Of a stretch of DNA of 64,000 bases, positions 1 to 11,649 are shown in pieces. Source of the DNA: Pirellulales bacterium. Its GTDB lineage: Bacteria; Planctomycetota; Planctomycetia; Pirellulales; PALSA-1355. Each line of letters opens with the position of its first letter. The first letter of the stretch is position 1. A program made the translations under genes and the position numbers. The notes below the pieces were generated by a model that was given only the letters and a program-made list of their open reading frames with translations, was not told the DNA's origin and made no database searches. The stretch covers positions 96,001 through 160,000 of the forward strand of contig CAVTBU010000010.1 in the NCBI GenBank assembly GCA_963733035.1, given 5' to 3'.

Positions 1-290
1 TCCGGCGGCGACGCGGAGTGCCCGCTCGGCACCAGGAGTAAATTCGCTTCGCATACCCTTAATCTAGACGAGGCAGGGCTTATCGACGAGTCACGGCGAT
101 TGGCGTCCAATTGCAAGGGTTGCGGACGACAGTGGGCGCTAGCGGCGCTAAGTCCGGTCTAGCTCCTAACTCCAAGCGGCTCTTTCAGTTGCCTTGCTCC
201 AGTGGGTTCTAAGAGTTAGAATTCCCTGGCGTTTCATGCCGTCGAGGTTGGCGGCATCGGCGCCAAGGCGCGCGAAGGAGTTAACCTACC

Positions 291-869
291 ATGGTACGGA
301 TGCCGTGGACGACCTATCTTTGGCCCGGATTACCACAGTTGTGGCGTCACGGCCTGTGGTGGGGGTTGGCCCTGGCCGTGGGATTTGGTGTTCTGCTTAA
401 CACGTTGCTGATGGCCAGTTTCGTGTGGGTCGAACTACTAAGCGCGGGCACGTTACGGCTCGCGTGGATCGCGATTGGCATCTTGTGGTTGGGTTCTGCC
501 GCGGCATCGGCCTGGCATAGTTGGGGCGTGGTACCTCGCGTCAGCGGCTCGGCCGAGGCAATGTTTCGTGCTGCCCTGTGCGAATACCTAAAGGGAAACT
601 GGTTCGAAGCGGAACAGACGCTCGGACGGCTGCTGCAAATGCGGCCCCGCGACGTCGAGGCACGGCTGATGTTGGCCACGCTGCTGCGGCACAATGCGAG
701 ATACTCCGAGGCCAGCGAGCAGTTGAGCCAACTTGAGCTACTGCAAGACGCCAAACGCTGGGCGCTGGAGATCGGCGTCGAAAGACAAACGATTGCTGAA
801 AACCTGGAAACCGAGCCCCTACGCCGGGAACACGAACCATTTGAAGCCGCACCTCCACATGCGGCCTGA
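291..869 (+). CDS. Membrane protein with C-terminal TPR-like region
   Basis: Two to three hydrophobic segments then TPR-like helices (YLKGNWFEAEQTLGRLLQMRPRDVEARLMLATLL); AAGGAG upstream; start could be ATG 300. Confidence 0.65.
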   Translation: MVRMPWTTYLWPGLPQLWRHGLWWGLALAVGFGVLLNTLLMASFVWVELLSAGTLRLAWIAIGILWLGSAAASAWHSWGVVPRVSGSAEAMFRAALCEYLKGNWFEAEQTLGRLLQMRPRDVEARLMLATLLRHNARYSEASEQLSQLELLQDAKRWALEIGVERQTIAENLETEPLRREHEPFEAAPPHAA

Positions 870-1049
870 CGCGAAATCAATCGGCAAACGGCACAAATTT
901 GTTTTTGTTGCGTAGAGAAGGCGACTCACGTCCCTACCCTCAGCACCAGTACATCCCTAGAATTTCGGGTGGAACGCGACCGACTGACAAAAGGCGGGAT
1001 GCCCGGCAAGTGACAATGCCTGCCGGGCACCGCATTAACGGAGAGCATC

Positions 1050-3590
1050 ATGTACGAGCGATTTACCGATCGGGCCCGAAAAGTCATGCAGCTGGCCAAT
1101 CAGGAGGCGCAGCGCTTTAACCACGAGTACATCGGCACCGAACACGTGCTGTTGGGCTTGATCAAGGAAGGCAGCGGTGTGGCGGCCAATGTGCTGAAGA
1201 ACCTGGACGTCGACCTTCGCAAAATCCGCCTCGAAGTCGAGAAGCTTGTGCAGAGCGGTCCGGACATGGTCACGATGGGCAAGCTGCCGCAAACGCCGCG
1301 GGCCAAGAAGGTCATCGAATACTCGATGGAAGAAGCTCGCAATCTGAACCACAACTACGTGGGCACCGAGCACATCCTGTTGGGATTGCTGCGCGAGCAG
1401 GAGGGGGTGGCCGCGCAGGTGCTGATGAACCTGGGGCTCAAGCTCGAGGAAGTTCGCGAGGAAGTGCTCAATCTGCTGGGTCACGGCCTGGAAGGAAGCG
1501 AAGGTGGCGAACGTGGCGGCAGCGAGCGAAGCGGTAGCGGCGGCGAGTCGCCCAAGAGCGGCAAGTCGAAGACGCCCGCCCTCGATAGCTTTGGCCGCGA
1601 CCTGACGGAGCTGGCCCGCCAGGGCAAGCTCGATCCGGTGATCGGCCGCGAGAAAGAAATCGAGCGTGCCATTCAGATTCTGAGCCGCCGAACGAAAAAC
1701 AATCCCGTGCTGTTGGGCGAAGCTGGCGTGGGCAAAACGGCCATCGTCGAGGGCTTCGCACAACGCGTCGTTGAAGGCAACGTGCCCGAACTGCTGGCCG
1801 ACCGGCGGATCGTGGTGTTAGACCTGGCCATGATGGTGGCCGGCACCAAGTACCGCGGCCAATTCGAAGAGCGGATCAAGGCCGTGATGAACGAAGTTCG
1901 CCGGGCCAAGAATACGATCCTGTTTATCGACGAGCTGCACACGTTGGTCGGGGCAGGCGGAGCCGAAGGGGCGATCGACGCGTCGAACGTGCTCAAACCG
2001 GCCCTGGCCCGCGGCGAGATTCAGTGCATCGGCGCCACGACGCTCGACGAGTACCGCAAGTACATTGAAAAAGACAGCGCGCTGGATCGCCGCTTCCAGG
2101 TGGTGATGGTCGAGCCCTCGACCAAATCCGAAACGATCGAAATTCTCAAGGGACTTCGCGATCGCTACGAGCAGCACCACCGCGTGCAAATCACCGACGA
2201 CGCGCTGGCCGCCTCGGTCGAACTTTCGAGCCGATACATCACCGGCCGCTGCTTACCCGACAAAGCCATCGATGTGATTGACGAGGCGGGTGCCCGCGTG
2301 CGGCTCAAGGCCATGACCCGTCCGCCCGACTTGAAGGAGATCGACAGCGAGGTCGAGGCTCTGAACAAGGACAAGGAAGAAGCCGTGGCCAATCAGGATT
2401 TCGAGCGTGCGGCATCGCTGCGGGATCAGGCCGATAAGCTCAAGAAGAAGAAGCAAAACATCACCCGCGACTGGCGCGAGAAATCGCGCGAGGCCGACGG
2501 CGTGGTCGATGAGGAAGTGATCGCCGAAGTGGTCAGCAAGATGACCGGCATCCCGCTGACGCGAATGACGACGGAAGACAGCATGCGGCTGATGCAGATG
2601 GAAACGGATCTGCACTCCCGCGTGATCAGCCAGGAAGAGGCCATCAAAAGTATCTCGAAGGCGGTGCGCCGCAGCCGTAGCGGATTGAAGGATCCGAAAC
2701 GGCCCACCGGTTGCTTCATCTTTGCCGGCCCCACGGGCGTCGGCAAAACGCTCCTGGCCAAGGCCCTGGCCGGATTCATGTTTGGCGATGACGACGCGCT
2801 GATCCAGATCGACATGAGCGAGTATATGGAAAAGCACAACGTCAGCCGGCTGATCGGTGCCCCGCCGGGTTACGTGGGTTTCGAGGAAGGCGGCCAGTTG
2901 ACCGAAAAGATTCGCCGCCGTCCGTACGCGGTGGTCTTGCTCGACGAAATCGAGAAGGCCCACCCCGACGTGTTCAACATGCTGTTGCAGGTCATGGAAG
3001 AAGGCCGATTGACCGACAGCTTCGGTCGCAACGTCGACTTCCGCAACGCGATCCTGATTATGACCACCAATGCGGGTGCCGAAGCGATCAAGAACGAGAG
3101 CGCCTTTGGTTTTCAGGCTCCGGACGACGACGCGTCGTACGAGAACATGAAGGCCCGCGTGATGGAACGAATCGAGCGCGTGTTCCGGCCGGAGTTCTTG
3201 AACCGGGTCGACGACGTGATCGTGTTCCGCCATTTGACGGTTGATGACCTCAAGCAGGTGGTGGATCTGGAACTGGGCAAGGTGCGCGAGCGACTCGCCG
3301 AGCGTGGCTTGAAGCTGGAACTCAGCGACGAGGCCAAGAAGTTCCTGATCCGCAAGGGATCGAACACCGACTTCGGTGCCCGGCCCCTCCGCCGTTCGAT
3401 TGAAAACTTCGTCGAGGATCCGCTCTCCGAGGAGCTGCTCAAGGGCGAGTTCCAAGGGAAGGACACGATTCTGGTCGACGTCAAGGAAGTGGGCGACAAG
3501 AAGCAACTGTTCTTTACGGGCACCGTTGCCGAGGGTGAAGAAGCCGCGGTGGGTGCCAGCAGCGGTTCGGAAGAAAAGCCCGAGGCGTAA
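1050..3590 (+). CDS. clpC: ATP-dependent Clp protease ATP-binding subunit ClpC
   Basis: [13 protein letters not shown]-domain, two Walker A motifs ([16 protein letters not shown]), UVR-like middle domain ([16 protein letters not shown]), GARPLRR; 846 aa. Confidence 0.97.
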   Translation: MYERFTDRARKVMQLANQEAQRFNHEYIGTEHVLLGLIKEGSGVAANVLKNLDVDLRKIRLEVEKLVQSGPDMVTMGKLPQTPRAKKVIEYSMEEARNLNHNYVGTEHILLGLLREQEGVAAQVLMNLGLKLEEVREEVLNLLGHGLEGSEGGERGGSERSGSGGESPKSGKSKTPALDSFGRDLTELARQGKLDPVIGREKEIERAIQILSRRTKNNPVLLGEAGVGKTAIVEGFAQRVVEGNVPELLADRRIVVLDLAMMVAGTKYRGQFEERIKAVMNEVRRAKNTILFIDELHTLVGAGGAEGAIDASNVLKPALARGEIQCIGATTLDEYRKYIEKDSALDRRFQVVMVEPSTKSETIEILKGLRDRYEQHHRVQITDDALAASVELSSRYITGRCLPDKAIDVIDEAGARVRLKAMTRPPDLKEIDSEVEALNKDKEEAVANQDFERAASLRDQADKLKKKKQNITRDWREKSREADGVVDEEVIAEVVSKMTGIPLTRMTTEDSMRLMQMETDLHSRVISQEEAIKSISKAVRRSRSGLKDPKRPTGCFIFAGPTGVGKTLLAKALAGFMFGDDDALIQIDMSEYMEKHNVSRLIGAPPGYVGFEEGGQLTEKIRRRPYAVVLLDEIEKAHPDVFNMLLQVMEEGRLTDSFGRNVDFRNAILIMTTNAGAEAIKNESAFGFQAPDDDASYENMKARVMERIERVFRPEFLNRVDDVIVFRHLTVDDLKQVVDLELGKVRERLAERGLKLELSDEAKKFLIRKGSNTDFGARPLRRSIENFVEDPLSEELLKGEFQGKDTILVDVKEVGDKKQLFFTGTVAEGEEAAVGASSGSEEKPEA

Positions 3591-3620
3591 GCGTCCGATA
3601 GCGGTCGAAGACCAAACTTC

Positions 3621-3660
3621 GCCGTCCGCTGGCCCAGTGCCGGTGGGCGGCGGTTTTTTT
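3621..3660 (+). terminator. Rho-independent terminator of clpC
   Basis: GCCGTCCGCTGGC-ccagt-GCCGGTGGGCGGC stem (with G-U pairs) followed by GG and T7. Confidence 0.8.
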
Positions 3661-3742
3661 GGGGTAACAAGGCCCCGGCGCCGTGCGCCAGTAGAATGGT
3701 GTTGGCGTCCTTTCTTGCGCATCGTTTGCGACCGGAGACTTC

Positions 3743-4653
3743 GTGATGCGGCGGCTTGCGAGTCGGTGCGGCGCACTTGGCGTTCTAATTTGCGGTTCGA
3801 TTGGCGCCAGCCGCGCCGAGAATGTGCTTGCGACAGAACCCCATGCCGAAGCGGTTTCGCCATCGGCCTTCGACGGGAAGCAGGCCGGTGCCCAGCGGCA
3901 GGTCGAGGGCATTGCGCTCTGTTGGTGCCCGCCCGGGCGATTCGTGATGGGCAGCCCGCGGAATGAGCCGGAGTCGCCGACCGGGCGAAGATCAGGTCGA
4001 GGTGACTTTGACCAAAGGATTCTGGATCGGCAAATATGAGATCACACAGGGAGACTGGAAACGAATTGTCGGCGAACTGCCGGGCAAGCTGACGGAGGAG
4101 CTACCTGCGGGTGACAACCTGCCGGTGGGCAATGTGAACTTCGCCGAGGCCGAAGCGTTTTGCAAAATGCTTACCGAGCTGGGACGAAAGGCGGGACAAC
4201 TGCCCGGCGATTGGGAGTTTCGACTGCCCACCGAAGCGCAATGGGAATATGCCTGCCGGGCAGGAACGACAACGGCCACCGCATTTGGCGACCAACTCAG
4301 TAGCCGCCAGGCGAACTTCAAGGGGCGGCCGTACAATGGCGCAGCGGCCGGGCCAGCGCTCGAATCGTGCCGCGCCCGTGGGAAGTTACCCGCCGAATGC
4401 CTGGGGCCTGCACGACATGCACGGCAATACCTTCGAGTGGTGTCGCGATTGGTACCACCGGCGGTTGCCGGGTGGCACCGACCCGGACTTGTATGCTGCC
4501 CGGTCCACGGCGACTCGAAGTGAACAGGGCGGAGTGTCGCGATCGCGCCGCGGTGGTTGCTGGGCTGACTGCCGGAGCGCCTTTCGGCTGCGGTTCGAAC
4601 CGGAGCGGAAGTACGACCACATTGGGTTTCGCGTGGTCGCGGTCAGACCGTAG
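3743..4653 (+). CDS. Formylglycine-generating enzyme (FGE-sulfatase/SUMF1) family protein, two frameshifts (~3974, ~4361)
   Basis: Motifs spread over three frames: WCPPGRFVMGSP / YEITQ..RLPTEAQWEYACRAG / PNAWGLHDMHGNTFEWCRD..RGGCW..HIGFRV; N-terminal signal-like peptide. Confidence 0.85.
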
Positions 4654-4931
4654 TAGGCGGAAGCCGCCAAGCGCAATTGCGCCATCTGCGGAGGTTTCAC
4701 CGACCGAGCGGCCGTATAATGCGCGGACAAGGAAGAGCTTGCGGCCGACTTTCGGCTGGGACGCTAGCAAGCCGTCGCCGACCGGGGAAGATCGTCTTGC
4801 CTGGTTTACCTGGGCGTTGGTTTTCGTCTGATCGGCAATCTTTTCTCAAGCGGCAGGGTGGCCGCGACGAAGAATCCCTGATAGCCGGGGCAGCGCGCGC
4901 CGCGGCATTGCTGGCAACTGGATCCTCGCAC

Positions 4932-5798
4932 ATGTCCTCTTCACCACTGTCGCACGAACGTACCAACCACGGCTTTGTCGAGGCCGTGGCCGATTGGGTT
5001 GCCAGCCTGGGTGGGTTGGTGATGAACTGGGTGATTGCGATCGAGGACGTGCTCGAATTCTTTTTGCGCACCTTGGCTTGGATCCTGCGACGCCGTCCGC
5101 GTGCCGACACGCTGCTGCCGAACTTTTACCAGATTGGGGTCTTGAGCTTGCCGGTGGTTGCCCTGACGGGCACCTTCATCGGCATGGTGCTGGCCGTGCA
5201 AAGCCACACGCAGTTTCGACAATTGAACATGGAGACGCGGCTGGGAGCCGTAATCAACATGTCGCTGGTGCGTGAGTTGGGACCGGTGCTGGCCGCCACG
5301 ATGCTGGCCGGCCGCGTTGGTAGTGCCATGGCGGCAGAGCTGGGCACGATGCGCGTGACCGAGCAAATCGACGCCCTGTCGAGCATGGGCGCCAATCCGA
5401 TTCACTACCTGGTCGTGCCGCGGTTCATTGCCTGCCTGGTCTTGATACCCTGCTTGACCATCATGGCCGACTTCATGGGGGTGGCGGGTGGTTACTTTTA
5501 CAGCATTTACGTCCTGGGGATCGACGCCAATCACTACATGGAGAACTCGCGTAACTTCGTCGGCGCGTTCGACCTGTTCTCTGGCGTGTTTAAGAGCCTG
5601 TTTTTCGGCGCGGCAATTGCCGTCATCAGTTGTTATCGCGGTTTTCATTGCGACCCGGGCGCCGAGGGCGTGGGCCGCGCCGCGACGAGCGCGTTCGTCA
5701 TTTCGTTCGTAATGATCCTCGTGCTCGACCTGTTTCTCGGCATCGCACTCGACAACTTGTATCTGATCCTTTGGCCCAACGGCACAAGCCTGTTGTAG
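4932..5798 (+). CDS. mlaE: MlaE-family ABC transporter permease
   Basis: RELGPVLAATMLAGRVGSAMAAELGTMRVTEQIDAL and GAEGVGRAAT signatures; ATG 4932 preferred over the longer ORF start. Confidence 0.92.
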   Translation: MSSSPLSHERTNHGFVEAVADWVASLGGLVMNWVIAIEDVLEFFLRTLAWILRRRPRADTLLPNFYQIGVLSLPVVALTGTFIGMVLAVQSHTQFRQLNMETRLGAVINMSLVRELGPVLAATMLAGRVGSAMAAELGTMRVTEQIDALSSMGANPIHYLVVPRFIACLVLIPCLTIMADFMGVAGGYFYSIYVLGIDANHYMENSRNFVGAFDLFSGVFKSLFFGAAIAVISCYRGFHCDPGAEGVGRAATSAFVISFVMILVLDLFLGIALDNLYLILWPNGTSLL

Positions 5799-5811
5799 GA
5801 AAGTTTCGCCG

Positions 5812-6669
5812 ATGTCCATTTCCGCATCCCAAGCGCAACGGCAAGAGCGGTCACGGTCTGACGGGCCGATGGTCGAATTGCGCGATGTCGACATGGTGTT
5901 TGGCCGTGGTCAGGTCCTGCGCAAGATCAACCTGACGATTCCACGCGGGCAAACGCTCGTCATCATCGGCGAAAGCGGCTGCGGCAAGACCGTGCTGCTC
6001 AAGACAATCATCGGGCTGATCCGCCCCACGCGCGGGCAGGTGCTGTTTGACGGACAGGATCTGGCCAAGCTGTCCGAGGCCCAACTGACCCACGAGCGGA
6101 CGCGATTTGGATTTGTGTTTCAGGGGGCCGCGCTGTTCGACAGCATGACGATCGGCCAGAACGTGAGCTTTCCGCTCCGCGAACATACCAAGGCCACGCC
6201 CGAAGAGATGCGAGAAACCGTGATCAATCGCCTGGGCGAGGTGGGCCTGCCAGACAGCATCCTGCGCAAGAAACCGGCAGAGCTTTCCGGCGGCATGCGC
6301 AAGCGAGTGGGCCTGGCCCGCGCGCTGGCGCTCAATCCGGAGTTGGTACTCTACGACGAACCCACGACCGGGCTCGATCCGATCATGAGCGACGTCATTA
6401 ACGAGCTGATTCTGCGAACGCGGCAGCAGCACCAGGTGACGAGCGTGGTGGTGACGCACGACATGCATACGGCCCGCAAGGTTTCTGATCGCGTGATCAT
6501 GCTCTATCCGCTCAGCCGATTACGTCACGATGAACCGCAAATCCTGTTCGACGGTCCGGCTGAGCAGCTGGACCGGTCCGATGATCCGCGGGTGACGCAA
6601 TTTGTCAACGGCGAGGCGGGCGAGCGGTTGATGGAACTACGCAAGTTGACCGAAAGCCACAGGAATTGA
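5812..6669 (+). CDS. mlaF: MlaF-family ABC transporter ATP-binding protein
   Basis: Walker A GESGCGKT, LSGGMRKRVGLARAL, YDEPTTGLDP; lies between mlaE and mlaD. Confidence 0.92.
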   Translation: MSISASQAQRQERSRSDGPMVELRDVDMVFGRGQVLRKINLTIPRGQTLVIIGESGCGKTVLLKTIIGLIRPTRGQVLFDGQDLAKLSEAQLTHERTRFGFVFQGAALFDSMTIGQNVSFPLREHTKATPEEMRETVINRLGEVGLPDSILRKKPAELSGGMRKRVGLARALALNPELVLYDEPTTGLDPIMSDVINELILRTRQQHQVTSVVVTHDMHTARKVSDRVIMLYPLSRLRHDEPQILFDGPAEQLDRSDDPRVTQFVNGEAGERLMELRKLTESHRN

Positions 6670-6730
6670 ACCGAGACTCCCCGTGCCGGTGGACCTTGTT
6701 CCGGCCGGCCGGGTTTTTGTGAAGTGATCC

Positions 6731-7950
6731 ATGGACGAACGTGTTATTAAATTCCGCGTGGGCGTGATGGTCCTGGCGACCTTGATCATCGCGGGGATCC
6801 TCGTGCTGTTGTTCGGCGACACCCCGTCACTGGTGCGCGACGACTACACCGTCTACATGCACTTCGAAGACGCTCCGGGCGTCAGCGAGGGGACGCCGGT
6901 GCGCAAAAGCGGGATCCTCATCGGCCGCGTGCGGAGCGTCCGTTTTGCCGAACAGGGCGGAGTGATCGTGGAGGCGGAAATCTATCGCGACGTCAAGCTC
7001 TATCACAGCGAAGTGCCCCAGGTGAGCGGATCGCTGCTGGGGGGCGACGTCGTGATTCAGTTCGTGCGCCGCTCATCGAACGTGCCTTCCGAACTAGCCG
7101 CGCCCCCGCCGGCCGCAACCGGCCGCTCGCGGGACGGTGCGCCGCAGGTGCTCACGGGCGCCGCCGATCAGCAGCCCGTCAAGGAGCAACCCGCGCCCTT
7201 CCGGGTCCCGACCAGGTGGTGCAGCCGGGTGAGTACATTGAGGGCGTGGTGGCTCCCAACGCGTTTCAAGTAATTAGCAATATGCAGGGAGAGCTGAACG
7301 AGGCAATCAAGGCACTCTCAAATGCCGGCAACGAAGTCAGCAAGCTGGCGGCCAACGTGAACAAGGTGCTGGAGAGCAACGACGAACAGATCAATCGCAT
7401 CATCGGCGAGACCGAAAAGGCGATCACGACGTTTCAGGTCGCGATGGACAATGTCAACGACGTGATCGGCGACGAGAAAGTGCGCGAAAACCTGAAGAAA
7501 ATGGCCGACAACCTGCCGCAGCTGTTGGACGACAGCCGTTCGGCGGTCAATACCATTCGCACCACCATGGAGGGAGTCGACCGCAATCTGCGAAACATGG
7601 AGGGCTTCACCGGACCGCTCGGCGAGCGGGGAGACGAGATTGTCAATCGGATCGATCGCTCGGTCGGCCAGCTCGACGAACTGCTGAGCATCATGTCGGA
7701 CTTTGGCCGCAAGTTGAACAGCGGGCAGGGCTCACTCAACCGTCTGATGAACGACCCGGAGCTGTATAACAGCCTGGCGGCCTCGGCCAAGAACATCCAA
7801 TGCGTGACGCAAGAGCTGAAGCCGATCATGTCCGACGTTCGCATCTTCACGGATCGAATTGCCCGACACCCCGAGGTCATTGGGCTGAGTGGAGCAATTC
7901 GAAAGAGCCCCGGCACCAAGTGGCCGCTGGGGGGCGATGGCGCTCAATAG
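6731..7950 (+). CDS. mlaD: MlaD/MCE-family protein with long helical tail, one frameshift (~7200-7215)
   Basis: N-terminal TM, MCE domain (FEDAPGVSEGTPVRKSGILIGRV..GSLLGG); continues in ORF 7216-7950 with GQGSLNRLMNDPELYNSL. Confidence 0.85.
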
Positions 7951-7995
7951 CGGTTTGCCGATGGGTTCAAGATCGGCACGCCTGCGGCGAATGTC

Positions 7996-8541
7996 TTAAT
8001 AGGGGAACGGGCTGCCCGGCCGCGTTGTTTTGGGTGGCGAAGCCGGAAGTCCCAGTCGCGGCCCATCGGTACGGCTACCGTAGACCGGCGTGGTCGGCGG
8101 CGCGGGCATCGGCGGCCCACTCGCGGCGTGGCGGAGGTTTTCGCCCCGTTCCAAAAGTTGCACGTTGGGGATGACCGTTTGCGGTTGCAATTGGTACTCC
8201 ACCACCCGATTGTCGCGGATCTCTCCGGGTACCAGGTTTTCGGTGATGAAGTCGATGACCGGGTACTGATACCAGGGAGCCGGAATCGGCTGCATGATCG
8301 TCAGCGTTTCATAACCGCTTTTCACCAGCCGCATTTTGCGGGTACCGTAGTACACGAAATCGGTTGACACCGGAGTGGTGCCGATCTGGTAGTCGTCCAC
8401 GTAGACCAGGGCGCCGGGGGGATTGGAGCGAATCGTCAATCGGCGCTGGACGCAGCCGGCTTGCAAGGCGCAGAGCATGAGCGCCCCCAGCCACCAGGGG
8501 CTGTGTGTGGCCCAAGTTCGAAAGCGTCGACGAGGCGTCAC
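7996..8541 (-). CDS. PEGA-domain lipoprotein
   Basis: Lipobox-like LQAGC; LTIRSNPPGALVYVDDYQIGTTP is a PEGA signature. Confidence 0.8.
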   Translation of the reverse strand: MTPRRRFRTWATHSPWWLGALMLCALQAGCVQRRLTIRSNPPGALVYVDDYQIGTTPVSTDFVYYGTRKMRLVKSGYETLTIMQPIPAPWYQYPVIDFITENLVPGEIRDNRVVEYQLQPQTVIPNVQLLERGENLRHAASGPPMPAPPTTPVYGSRTDGPRLGLPASPPKTTRPGSPFPY

Positions 8542-8808
8542 GAGATTGAAGTTCGAATGCGTCCGAGAAATGAAACGCGCAGCGTGCCGAACGGCAGCGG
8601 CGGAGTATAGGAGTCAGGCTAACAGCCTGCCAGACCGATTCGTCGACGGTGGCATCCTGCCGCGCTGTTCGGTTGACGAGCAGGCCGGTTTCGCGGAGAG
8701 CCAGCCATCGGGGGAGGGCCCGCGCTCTGTTGCGGCGCGATTTGGTGGGTTAGAATGGGGTTTTTGGAGTGTTCGGACAAAACCGGCGGCACCTTTCCCC
8801 AAAGCGCG

Positions 8809-10119
8809 ATGACCGACGCGGCCAAACCCACCGGCGAAGGCAGAAAAGCGCTTGAGTATGCCGCGCTGACGGACGTTGGATTGCGGCGCGGCAACAATCA
8901 AGACTCCTTTGCCGTCGCTCTTGCCGGCGATGACTCCGATTGGCACCGGCGCGGTCATCTACTGATGGTGGCAGATGGCATGGGGGCGCATGCAGCCGGC
9001 GAGCTTGCTAGCAAGATGGCGTGCGAGTCGGTACCGCATACGTATCGCAAGAGTCTCGATCGATCTGCTGCCGAGGCTTTACGGCACGCCGTGGCGACGG
9101 CCAACATCAACATTCACAATCGCGGTCAGGCCAACGCCGAATTTCAGGGCATGGGCACTACCTGCAGTTCACTGGTATTGCTGCCGCGGCACGCCATTGT
9201 GGCTCATGTGGGCGACAGCCGCGTCTATCGCCTGCGTGGCGGCAAGCTGGAACAGCTGACATTTGACCATAGCCTGGTATGGGAGATGATGGCCGCCGGT
9301 CAAATGCCGCGCGGTGAAGTGGCCAATTTCATTCCCAAGAACATCATCACGCGTTCGCTGGGTCCACACGCCGACGTGCAGATCGACATGGAAGGTCCGT
9401 TTCCGCTGGAACCGGGAGACACCTTTCTGCTGTGCAGCGACGGATTGAGCGGGCAACTCAAGGACGAAGAACTCGGCGCGCTGCTCTTGACGCTTTCGCC
9501 CAGCGAGGCGGTGCGAGTTTTGGTCGACGTGGCGAACTTGCGTGGCGGCCCCGATAACATCACGGTCATCGTGGCCCGTGTGAATTGCGTGCCGGCCGAA
9601 GAAGAGGCCGAGACGGTCGTAGCCGAGGCGTCCGGTGCCTCATCCAGCGTGAATCCGATGTGGTGGGGAGCGATGGCGGTTTGCCTGGCCGCGGGACTGG
9701 TATTGGCCGTAGCACGTTATTATGTGGCGGCGCTGGTCGGCGTGCTGATTGGCGCGGCCAGTGCCGTTGGCGCGCTAATTCAAGGGATGTCGGCGCCGGC
9801 ACCCGACGTTCGCGAAAATTTCGACGGTCCCTTGGGCACCGGTCCGCATGCGGCCTTCGATTGCGCGCCGACCGCGACGAGCGTCGCGGCGGCCTCGCAA
9901 TTGGCGGGCCAATTGCGCGAAGCCACGCGCAACGAGCACTGGACGCTCGATTGGGGCCACTTCAATTCGCTCGGCGAACAAGCGCAAGCCGCTCTGAACA
10001 AAGGCGACCATCACGAAGCGGTTCGCAGTTATGCGCTGGCAATCACGTTCATGATGAACGAAATTCGCAGCCAGGCTTCCAAAAAGGACCATCGAGACAA
10101 CTCCGTGCTCGACACCTAG
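8809..10119 (+). CDS. PP2C-family Ser/Thr protein phosphatase with two TM helices
   Basis: TDVGLRRGNNQD, VADGMG, HVGDSRVY, LTFDHS, LLCSDGL, GGPDNIT. Confidence 0.92.
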   Translation: MTDAAKPTGEGRKALEYAALTDVGLRRGNNQDSFAVALAGDDSDWHRRGHLLMVADGMGAHAAGELASKMACESVPHTYRKSLDRSAAEALRHAVATANINIHNRGQANAEFQGMGTTCSSLVLLPRHAIVAHVGDSRVYRLRGGKLEQLTFDHSLVWEMMAAGQMPRGEVANFIPKNIITRSLGPHADVQIDMEGPFPLEPGDTFLLCSDGLSGQLKDEELGALLLTLSPSEAVRVLVDVANLRGGPDNITVIVARVNCVPAEEEAETVVAEASGASSSVNPMWWGAMAVCLAAGLVLAVARYYVAALVGVLIGAASAVGALIQGMSAPAPDVRENFDGPLGTGPHAAFDCAPTATSVAAASQLAGQLREATRNEHWTLDWGHFNSLGEQAQAALNKGDHHEAVRSYALAITFMMNEIRSQASKKDHRDNSVLDT

Positions 10120-10130
10120 GTCTGACGCCG

Positions 10131-11649
10131 CTACGCGGCCTGCGCGCGATCGATTGGTGCGGTGACTGGTTCCGTCGTCGGAGCATCGCGCAGCGCCGTT
10201 GCCGCCGCTTTCGCCGGCCACAACAGCACGCCGCAGGTCGCGAAATACCATGCCGTGGTGCCCAGGCCCAGCAGGCCGATCCGCCCGGCGTGGTGCAGCG
10301 CCGCGTAATGGCTGATGACGAGTATCGGAGGAACCGCGGCCACCGCGCAGGCCCATCGCCAGCGTCCAGCGCGCAGCAGCCACAGCGGCGCAAAGACGTT
10401 GGCTGGAAGCAGAAGCATGTAGTAGTGTCCGCGGGCGATCGTGAACACAACCAGCGTTGCCGCGCAGGCCAACCCGAACGCCGCCGCGTGACCCAATCGA
10501 TCGTGTCGGCGGCCCATCTGGAAGCTCACCACCAGAATCAGGCAGCCGGCCAGCGCGGATGCCAAATACTGCTTTTTCCGTCCATTTGGCGTCCATCAGC
10601 AGTCCCCGGCCGCCGCGGCGCAGCTGCTCGGGGCCCTCGTCGTGTGGGCCGCCGGCAAAATAGTAGTGAGCCCAGTTGCCGAAACGGTACGCCGAATTGG
10701 CCAGGCTTTGGTTGCGAACGGTCGTCGAGTTGCCGGCGAAGTTGTCTTCGCTGATGTCTTCGGCATGCACGACGACGGTCTTCCACCAGGTTTCGAGGTG
10801 CTGGACATTGGTCCGCCAACCGACAAACAGCGCCGGCACGATGAGCAGCCAAATCGCCATTCCTCCGGCAAGCCCGCAGGCGCCCGCGCCCGCTTGATTC
10901 CATGTGGCAGGCGTGCGTGCGTGCCAGGCGGTGGAGAATTGCTGCCAAACGACGACGCAAGCCGGGACGATGGGTGTGATTTTCAGGGTAACAGCCAGGG
11001 CCAAAACAATTCCACCGAGGGCTGTTTTCCAGAGCATTCGATTGTCGATCAACAAGCGAAAACCGAGCAGCAGCAGATAGAGCTTGGCCACACCGACTTG
11101 TCCGCGTTGCATGCAGTTCAGCGCGGGAAGTGTCGCGCCGGCAATCGCGACCACGGCCAGAGGGGTTGGAACCAGGCCAAAATGTCCTTCGGGACGGTCG
11201 GCCGGCAGCACCAGGCGCGCAATGCGCAGCAACTCGCGGTAACAACCCCAGCAGGTAAGCACACTGATGGCGAACCACACCAGCACCTGATCGCGGGAAT
11301 CGAGCTCGTGTAGCGGGGAGACCAGAATCGCGAACAGCGGCGGATATAGATATCCCCAACCGCGCGGGTTGGTCACCTTGTAGGGGTCGCGTCCGTCGAA
11401 GAATGCCGCGCCGGCTTCGGTGTAGACGGTGAAATCGGTCTTGTGGATCCAGCGATCGTTAGGATCAATCGTGCCGCGTTTGCGCACATCGAACCAACCC
11501 CAAATTGCCATGGCGATAAGGAGTCCACCGATAACTCGAAAGCGAGTTGGCCACAGCCAGTGGCGCTTGCGTTGGGTGCCGGCGGGCGGCAAGTCGGCTT
11601 GTTGGTTCACGGGAAGCGTTATTTTCGGAACACGAAGGCGGTGCTGCAT
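10131..11649 (-). CDS. Glycosyltransferase family 87 (DUF2029-like) membrane protein, frameshift ~10560
   Basis: DFTVY..G..PY, YLYPPLFA, RGQV, LKITP and NQSL motifs; hydrophobic C-terminus continues in ORF 10131-10565. Confidence 0.75.

Noticed and set aside
2253..3863. 536-aa minus-strand ORF and similar long antisense ORFs (13800-14975, 18207-19364, 27027-28463, 34001-34996)
   Set aside because: Shadow frames of well-supported genes in high-GC DNA; no recognisable motifs
3743..4653. FGE-sulfatase gene as a diversity-generating retroelement target
   Set aside because: No reverse transcriptase, accessory gene or template repeat is visible in the window
6680..6720. Hairpin plus T5 between mlaF and mlaD as a terminator
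   Set aside because: The stem is bulged and lies inside an evident operon; too weak to call
9775..11649. 624-aa GT87 overlapping the PP2C gene
   Set aside because: The tail is out-of-frame read-through after a frameshift; the real end is 10131
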